From positions 88,598,001-88,662,000 of the forward strand of contig OZ024744.1 in the NCBI GenBank assembly GCA_964016885.1: a DNA stretch of 64,000 nucleotides. The letters are read 5' to 3'. Of the stretch, positions 55,692 to 64,000 are shown in pieces. How positions within the stretch are numbered: the stretch's first letter is position 1; each line of letters starts with the position of its first letter. The translations under genes were made by a program, and so were the position numbers. The notes under the pieces were generated by a model that saw only the letters and a list, made by a program, of their open reading frames with translations, had not been told where the DNA came from and ran no database searches. The DNA comes from Eledone cirrhosa. Taxonomy: Eukaryota.

Positions 55692-58225
55692 CTTCTGGTT
55701 TTATAATTTCACAATTTTTTCCCAATAGGGAGAGAGTCGGTTTCTAACATAGACACAAGACTCTCTTATTGGAATTTGCACATCAACTAGGTAGATTATG
55801 TATTCATGTGTAGATATGGATGTTATTGTATGTGTTGATGTGTATGTTTTGAGTTGTATGTGTGCATGTGTATATGCTTTGTATCTGTACATGTGTATAT
55901 GCTGTTATTAGAAACCAAATTTTTGGAATGTTTTACATATTTTTACTGTTCCATTAATGGATTGTACTTGTAATTTCCTAACTAGTTGTGTTCTTTCTGC
56001 TCCTGTGAAGCCTACCTTCTCAAGATTTGTATTGAGGCAGTTACTAACATACCCCAGTGCCCCAATAATCACAGGCATAAATCTGAAGGTGTAATCAGGG
56101 TGGAGTATCTGCAGATTTCTCATCAGTTCTGCATAAATATTTTCCTTTTCACTAATCTTTGATATTATATTGGCATCTGCTGGGCAGCAAACTTCCACTA
56201 CTGTGCATGCCTTCTTTTCCCTGTCCCTTATAATATCTGGTCTGTTATGCCTGCCTTTTATTGGGGTTTTTACTGGAACATTCCACCAGTACTCTTTCAT
56301 ATTATGTACGTGGATGTCTTCCACATTGTTGTAGCTTTTAATGTGTTTATTATCGGGGCAATCTTTTCCACGGATTGCATTGCACAGTGTTTTGGCCACT
56401 ACATCATGCCTCATAGGTAGATAGTACTGCGATGACATCTTTGAACAGCTGATTATAACAGGGGTGACATCTTCGATGTTAACTCTGGAGAGTGTCCACT
56501 TGTTATCACATCTAGGTGTTTTGCCTGCATCCCTATCTCTTTTGTGAATCACGTGTTGATTTCATGTTCTTGGTTCGCAAAAGCGTATCCTTCAAAGTGG
56601 GAGCCAATATAGCGGTTGTTGGTCCAAGATAGACTACTTTCCTTATCTGTATTACTCTCACTCTGCAGCTCCTAGCAACATACCCATGCATGATTTTTTG
56701 CTAATAAGTATGCAGTTTTTCATCCATGGATTCACTGCGATACTGCTGAGAAAATTCCTTGGGTGTGAGTTTTTGATTATCACACAAGGAATACCTCTCG
56801 AGGAGTTCCTTTCCAACTCTCATGATCTTATCTGTTTCATGCAGATAGACTTGCTCGAGAGACGAGCTTTTACGCTTTGAGGTTCGTAGATGTTGTCGAG
56901 GGGATATGATGCGACATTCAAATGTTGTCTGGACTGATGTTAGGCCACTGCCTCCCTGCTTACGTTTCAAGTAGAGGCGGTCTATGTCACCTTTGATGTG
57001 GAAGTTTCCGGTGTTGTTTAGTATTTTTCGAGTTCTAACATCAATCGCTCGGATTTCGTATATCGTCCAATTGAGTATTCCAAAAGTTGGTGTTAGGACA
57101 AGCACAGCAAACACATTGTGAGCCATTGTTTTGTTTTGCGCAGAGAGTTCCGAGGACCATATCTTTCTTACTCGGGTGTAGTATTCCCTGGTTACGCGTT
57201 CCTTATTACAGATACCATTATAGTATATGTTCTCATATATCCCCAGGTATCTGTAGCAGTCCTCATCAGATATTGGTGAAACAGTTAGGCCATTGATACA
57301 AATGTTGCTAGATTGGGTTGTTGTTTTCCCCCGCTTTACAGTCATATATGAGCATTTATCTTGGCCAAATCCATTCCTATATCCTTTGAAAACGTTGTAA
57401 CCAGGTCAAGATTCTTCTTCATCCCATCCATGTTCTTGGCATAGAGCTTCAGATCATCCACAAATAAATTATGGGTTAGGTTCGTATTTCTGTCCTCCTG
57501 TGAGCCAATGATGTACCTTTCACATTTCTTGAGAAGAAAGGACAAGGGGTTTAATGACAGGATGAATAATATCACAGAGACTGTCTCCCTGAAATATACC
57601 CCTGCGATATTTTATTTTATCAGTGAAAATAGAGTCCCCCATCTCTGTCTTTAACCTTAGGATAGTAGCCCAACAGAAGACAGCTTCTCTATGGCTCTGA
57701 TAATAATGTCTGGGACTTTAGCCAGTTGGAGGGCCTCTATCATCCAAGAGTGGGGAACAGAATCGAAAGCTTTCCTCTAGTCCAGCCAGACTGTAGCCAT
57801 ATTCCTCCTAAGTTGTCGCACCTCCGACATCGCAGTTTTGTTGATTAGGAGTTGTTCAGCACATCCCCAAACCCCTTTCTTTCCAGCTGCTTCTTCATCT
57901 GTGATGATGTTATTATTTTCACAGTGATCTTGGAGGAATAGGTTCAGGCAGGCTGCATACATCTTATACATCACGTTCTGGCATGCAATGGGTGGATAGT
58001 TTTTTGCCAAGTGGGTGTCTTTGTTCTTGGGGACCAGTAATGTTTGTGCTAATGTCAACCATTCTGGTATAAGTGTATCTCCCTTAAGAACTTGTTGGTA
58101 GATGTCAGTAAGATACCTCCGATAGAATATCAGTTTTTTGTACCAGTAGCCGATAATCATGTTTCTTCCTGGAGTTTTCTTATCTTGGAGTTTTCCTATC
58201 ACAGTCTCAAGGGTACCCTAACTTA
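55692..58225 (-). mobile_element. Second R4/Dong-clade RLE LINE, 5'-truncated and frameshifted
   Basis: KNYPPIACQN, WLD*RKAFDSVPH, NLFVDDLK, YRYLG, YYLPMRHD, RPDI..VEVCCP, ICKTF; (CATA)n-type tracts on both sides in element orientation. Confidence 0.9.
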
Positions 58226-59964
58226 TTTCGTATGTTTTTGTTGTATGTATATATGTATGTATGTATGTATGCATGTTTGTATGATTGTTTGTATGTATGT
58301 ATGTATGTATTAATGAATGTATGATTTTCTATATGTATATATATCCTATGTATTATATATGTATGTTTGTTTTTATTGTATGTATGTACGTACGTGTTTG
58401 TGTGTATGTATGTGTGTAAGTATATATGTGTGTGTGTGTAAGTATGTATGTATATATGTTTGTATGATTATCTGTATGTATGTACTATGTAGGTATGTAT
58501 ATATGTATGAATGTATGTATATATGTAAGTATTATTTTTGTATTATGTTTATTACATAGGATGCATTTGTACTTATGTGTGTATGGTAGAGATGTTCGTA
58601 TATGTACATGAGTATATATATGTATATATATATGTGTGTGTATGTATGTATGTGTGTGTGTGTTATTTTGTGTGTGCCTGCGTGGGTCTGTGTATGTATA
58701 AGTGTTTGTGTGAGTGTGTATATAAAAATTTAATCAAATGTTTATAATATACATATATATGTGTGTTTGTGTTTTCGTGTGCATTTAAGTTTCGGACACT
58801 ATTTCCTCATCATGGGGACATAGAAAGAGAAATAAAAGATGAAGTAGAAAGATAGACAATGGAAAGAGGATAGAATTTAAGATATTTTTGACAAAAAGCA
58901 AATGTGTATTCTCGCGGCCATTTTGAGAAATTTCCTGTTCAGAGGGTATATTTTGTATTAGAGAGGCTTAGAAAGGATGATAACCATTGTATATGGAGTG
59001 GACATTTAAGTGTGTGCTTTCGTGTGCACGTGTATGTGTGTGTGGGGGGTGGGGGGTTGTAGATGTGTAGGTGTGTTTGTCTCTCTGTAAAAATGTGAAA
59101 AATGTAAAAATGTGAAAGGTGTGTTTGTCTCTCTGTAAAAATGTGAAAGATGGCCGTTGAACTGTCATGGAGCTGGCTGCTGTGGTGGTCTAGAGATGTG
59201 AGTGAGAAAGCGTGCATGGACTGAAAAAATACTGGGAAACATTCAATAACGTCGGCGCCACACCCGAAGCACTGGTTTCCGCGCGAACACAATCTCCCGT
59301 GCAAGAGATTAAAGCACACATGCACCATCAAGCGAGAGCCATGGGGTGTGCCTGTTGGCAGTGTGTGATGGAGGTGAGGGTTAGAGTTACGCGTGCATAC
59401 ATCGGAATGTGTAGATGCAGTTGAAGTGGTGTTATGATAACCGTAGAGGCAGATCTCTAGACCACCACAGCAGCCAGCTTCATGACATTTGCCTCTACGG
59501 TTATCATCATAATATGAACTTATGTGTGTAGGTGCAGGTCGTGTTCATGGAAAGTTACATCTTGTACGTGGTGGAACCGATGGATCCGATAAGTTAGATA
59601 AGCATATGTGCGAATATGAATTTGGGAGTATACGTGTGCTTGGAATGTGTGTGTATTGTTTGATGGCTGGAGTTGTAAGCCTGCGTATGTTCGTCTGTTT
59701 ATGTGCGGGAGCAGTAATAAAGGAATGTTATAGAAACTGTGCGGTGAATTTATTAATTTCGGGCCAGTAGGTCCGAGGCAAAAAATTAGGTTCTGCTAGT
59801 GCCAGGGATGTCTTTTGCAATTTAGTATGTCCCTTAGGTGTACTGCGAATCGATCTGTTGTATATGGAGACATGCACGCACACGCATGCACACACATACA
59901 CACACGCACAGAGACACAGACACACACGAATACACAGAATTATATATAAATGAATATATATATA

Positions 59965-61100
59965 TAAACGGGAAAAATGAAACGAAATTTCATTTCTCAC
60001 TCTTAGTACGGCTGTTACTTAAATATAAGTATGTATACGTACATACATATATGTATACAGACGTACAGTAGTATGTATATATACATACATGCACACATAT
60101 ATATATATGTACGTATGGATTCACCGAATATTTATTATAATGCTCGGTGTATTTGTAAACAAACATCCCGTATTAAGCCGTAGTGTCTAGCAACCATCGT
60201 TGCTCATTTGTTCAACACTGACAAAGGAACGCTGTATTAGTTTCAAGCTTATTAGCTATCGTCAGCAACGTATACCTTCATGCCAGATGATTGAAAGTCT
60301 GAAAGTATATACTTTCCTTATGCATATTAACGGCTGAGCAGCCTAATTTGCATATCGAGTGAGTTACTCGGCCGGGGTACCGAAAACGATAAACGGAAAA
60401 AATGAAACGAAATTTCATTTCTCACTTTTAGTACGGCTGTTTCTTAAATATAAGTATGTATACGTACATACATATATGTATACAGACGTACAGTAGTATG
60501 TATATATATATACATACATGCACACATATATATATGTACGTATGGATTCACCGAACATTTATTATAATGCTCGGTGTGTTTGTAAACAAACATCCCGAAT
60601 TAAGCCGTACAGTGTCTGTATACATATATGTATGTACGTCTGTATACATATATGTATGTACGTATGCATACTTATATTTAAGTAACAGCCGTACTAAGAG
60701 TGAGAAATGAAATTTCGTTTCATTTTTCCGTTTATCGTTTTCGGTACCCCGGCCGATTAACTCACTCGATATGTAAATTAGGCTGCTCAGCCGTTAATAT
60801 GCATAAGGAAAGTATATACTTTCAGACGTTAAACCATCTGGCAGGAAGGTATACGTTGCTGACGATAGCTAATAAGCTTGAAACTAGTACAGCGTTCCTT
60901 TGTCAGTGTTGAACAAATGAGCAACGATGGTTGCTAGACACTGTACGGCTTAATTCGTGATGTTTGTTTACAAACACACCGAGCATTATAATAAATGTTC
61001 GGTGAATCCATACGTACATATATATATGTGTGCATGTATGTGTATATATATACATACTACTGTACGTCTGTATACATATATGTATGTACGTATACATACT
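59965..61100. repeat. Diverged sister array of the hammerhead repeat (~425-bp unit), inverted about ~60615
   Basis: HHR on minus at ~60228-60271 and on plus at 60853-60895 (acgttg CTGACGA TAGCT-AATA-AGCTT GAAA CTAG TA cagcgt). Confidence 0.9.
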
Positions 61101-61130
61101 TATATATATATTTATATATATATATATATA

Positions 61131-62120
61131 CAGATAAATCCACCAATTAATGGTAGGGTCCAAGCCGTATGAAGAACTCAATGTAATCCGTATGTTAAAG
61201 ATGTCGTGAAGCAAAGTTTAAAATACAAAATTTCAACGATATAATTCATTGGAAGCATAGGCAAAATAGTACAAATAGTGAAAACAATGAAATTAAACAA
61301 AATACGGGTAATTCATAGTAAAACTCATTATTTTACGATCGTTTCTTGGGGATAGTTCCCCGTATGTTCATTCTATTAGTGATCTATGTAAAATATATTA
61401 CAAATTATCAAAGTAAGAAAATATACATACGTCTTCTCTACCCGCCGTCTTCAGAAATAATGAGTTTTGTTTATTGAAGAATATAAAAACATGTATGAAT
61501 AAGTAACCTTTTTATGAACAAGGTTGAGATTGACAAATAGTAAAAATAGGAAGGGGCAATATAGATCATAAAGCTAGTAGTAGTAGATGAATAAATTAGC
61601 AGTCAGGGGATGAGGTATCGAATGACCTTTAAGAAAAGAAAGTTTCGAGTGTAAAGGAATTTAGACAGATTGTATAGAAATCTCAGAAAAGTATGGACGG
61701 TCAAGGAAAATTTAAGTTGGAGGAAAACAGGTGCAGATATCAGTGTATTATATCTAGTAGAATAGTATAGAACAATCCTAAATATTTGTTATTTCTTTGT
61801 TAAAGACGAATAATTTGTTGTAAAAATAGAACAAGTAGAGGAATATAGATGGAAACAGAGAAATGTAAAGAGTAGATAAAAAAATATATAGGTAAGAAAA
61901 TAATAAAATTTGTGTAAGTATTGTATTGTGTTAGAGTGGTCAGAATAAAGTTTTACCTGTAGGGAATTTTATTTTCGAATAAGAAATCTCATTAATAATC
62001 TGCTTTTCTTAATATGTTTAAATGCATGTCTGTTAAAGTTTTGGAAGAGTGTTGAATATAATGTAATATATAGTGCTCATTAATAGTTAATTATTTAAAA
62101 CAGTTATATCGACTGATATC
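61131..62120 (-). mobile_element. PLE pLTR and 3' UTR related to the 20497 element, with an expanded hammerhead at 61321-61467
   Basis: Shared GTCCAA.CCGTATGAAGAACTCAATGTAATCC and TTTTACGATCGTTTC..TCTTCAGAAATAAT. Confidence 0.75.
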
Positions 62121-62124
62121 AAAA

Positions 62125-64000
62125 TCTATGCCACGACAGGGACAGGAAGGCAAGATTTCTTTAGACGTCTAGAGACCTTTCTTGGAACGTCCTGCTCTTT
62201 AGTGTTAGTGGGCCACTGGAACAGTATCTTGGATGCACGCTGGCATTGTGTGGGGATAGTGGATAGGGGAGGAGGGTGCAAGAGCCTCACCAACCTGCTC
62301 AGTGTTTTGAACATTCTGACAGGTATCGACTGGATCACCCGAATATGCCAATGTGGACATGGACAAAGCGTATCGGGTCATCCAGATCGTATCTCGATAG
62401 GGTATTCTGCAGAGAACTAGATAAGGCTAGTATAAGTTGTCCACAATTTAAAATAGTCGACTACACAGACCACAAATTTGTCATCTGTGAGATCCACATA
62501 GACAGACTTCATAGACAAGGGCCTGGTTACTGGAAGCTGAACGCGTCTTTCCCGGCGCGCAAACCCTACAGAGACAGGATTAGCGTATTAGTTAAGCGGG
62601 CGTTGACGGGAGCGGTCGTCAACAAGGTGGTGGTTCGCCCTGAAAAGGGCCATTAAAGTAGAGTCGATTAGGTTTAGCAAAGGACTAGTGATAGAGGAAA
62701 ATAAAGTAGAGGGAGAGCTAGTCAGAAAGCTAGAAGAGGCGTTTAGGACAGGCATCGCAACCGACGTGCTTGCAGCGAGATTGGCACTCAACCAATTCTT
62801 CAACGTAAAACACGAAAGGCTGCGTTGTCAGAGCGAGAGCGCGTGCTCTGAAACACGAGGGGACAAAAGCCGTCCAATGGGCCCAGGTGGCAGTGGCGCA
62901 ACGTGGCAACAAAGCCACAATTCGGTCTTTATCTAACAAAAACGGGCGCGTGTTGCTTGAACCCGAGCAGATGTGTGCCGCTTTTCAGCAGCACTTTGCT
63001 TAACTGTTCGGGAGCAACGGCGGCCCGGATCGTGGCATGGACTTCAGTGCATACCTCGACAGACTGCCTCGGCTCTCGACAACCGCAGCACAGTGTTGCG
63101 AAAAGCCAATAACAGCCGGTGAAATACGGGAAGCGATGGCTAACTGCACGAGTGGTAAATCGCCAGATTTGGATGGTGTACCGAACAAGGGGGATGTTAT
63201 CGATAACTTCAGGCCCATAACTCTGCTAAACGCAGTGTTCAAGATTTTGGCCAAGGTGTTAGCAACGAGGTTGGCGCTTGTCAAGGGTCTGGTGGGAGAG
63301 GCCATTCCGGACAGATCCATACACGACAACCTCCATCTCATGCGATACATCATAGAGAGGGTGGTTAAGGAAGCTGGCACGGGTGGGGCCCTCATCAACT
63401 TGGATCTATCCAAAGCATTCGATAAGGTCGACCATCGGTACCTTGCGGCGGTCCTCGAGGCAGCCGATTTCGGCCCCATTTTCAGGGCTTGGATCGATGC
63501 AATGTACAGCGACGTCTGCTCAGTTGTGAGAGTGAACGGTCAACTGTCGCAGCCGTTCAGCATCATGCGCTCGGTCCGTCAGGGTTGTCCCCTCTCGTCC
63601 CTCTTGTGCGTATTGGCTCTCGAGCCGTTACTGCACAAACTAGGGGTGATGAGGGGCGTCCCACGCAACGTCACCATGCTGGTGTTGAGCACCAGACACG
63701 TCCAGTTGCTCGGCACCGCTCTCAAGGAATAAGAAGCGGTGACAGGAGCAAAGATAAACCAGGAAATGTCGGTGGGCTTGCAGCTCGGCACTTAGAGAGA
63801 CAAGTCCATGCCGTCCGACAGCGTTGTGGGACGTTGGACGGACGGACCGGTTAAATTGCTCGGGATCTGGTTCGGACCGGACCTCCAGATGGATAAAATC
63901 TGGAGCGAAGTGACGAGCAAGGTGGCCTTCCACACCCAGAAATGGGACGAGAGGAAGCTGTCCCTGAAAGGCCGGGAGGAGGTGGCGAATGCGTACATCG
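62125..64000 (+). mobile_element. Second Tx1-like ORF2 fragment (APE C-half + RT), disrupted, running off the window
   Basis: SYLDR, TDH, GPGYWKLN, FRPITLLN, LDLSKAFDKVDH, SVRQGCPLS, VKLLGIWF; homologous to 3420-4690. Confidence 0.9.

Overview
AT-rich, microsatellite-laden eukaryotic DNA with no recognisable host gene. The SINE family present suggests an octopod cephalopod (inference). The window is almost entirely mobile DNA: (i) many tRNA-derived SINE copies; (ii) two decayed Tx1/L1-type LINEs; (iii) two R4/Dong-type RT-RLE LINEs, both sitting in (CATA)n tracts; (iv) a mariner relic and RTE fragments; (v) a dense set of Penelope-like elements (PLEs) in (TA)n tracts, including one uninterrupted 712-aa Naiad-type RT-GIY-YIG ORF and about a dozen type I hammerhead (HHR) motifs in pLTR remnants, many arranged as fold-back palindromes. 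The most notable structure is a 6.2-kb palindromic tandem array (43.6-49.8 kb) of a ~479-bp non-coding unit. Each full unit carries a minimal hammerhead with an octamer, PSE-like and TATA-like sequence upstream and a hairpin plus T7 downstream. A diverged sister array lies at 60-61.1 kb and one monomer is fused to a PLE pLTR. This is a candidate retrozyme/PLE system. Most short ORFs in the supplied track are microsatellite artefacts.
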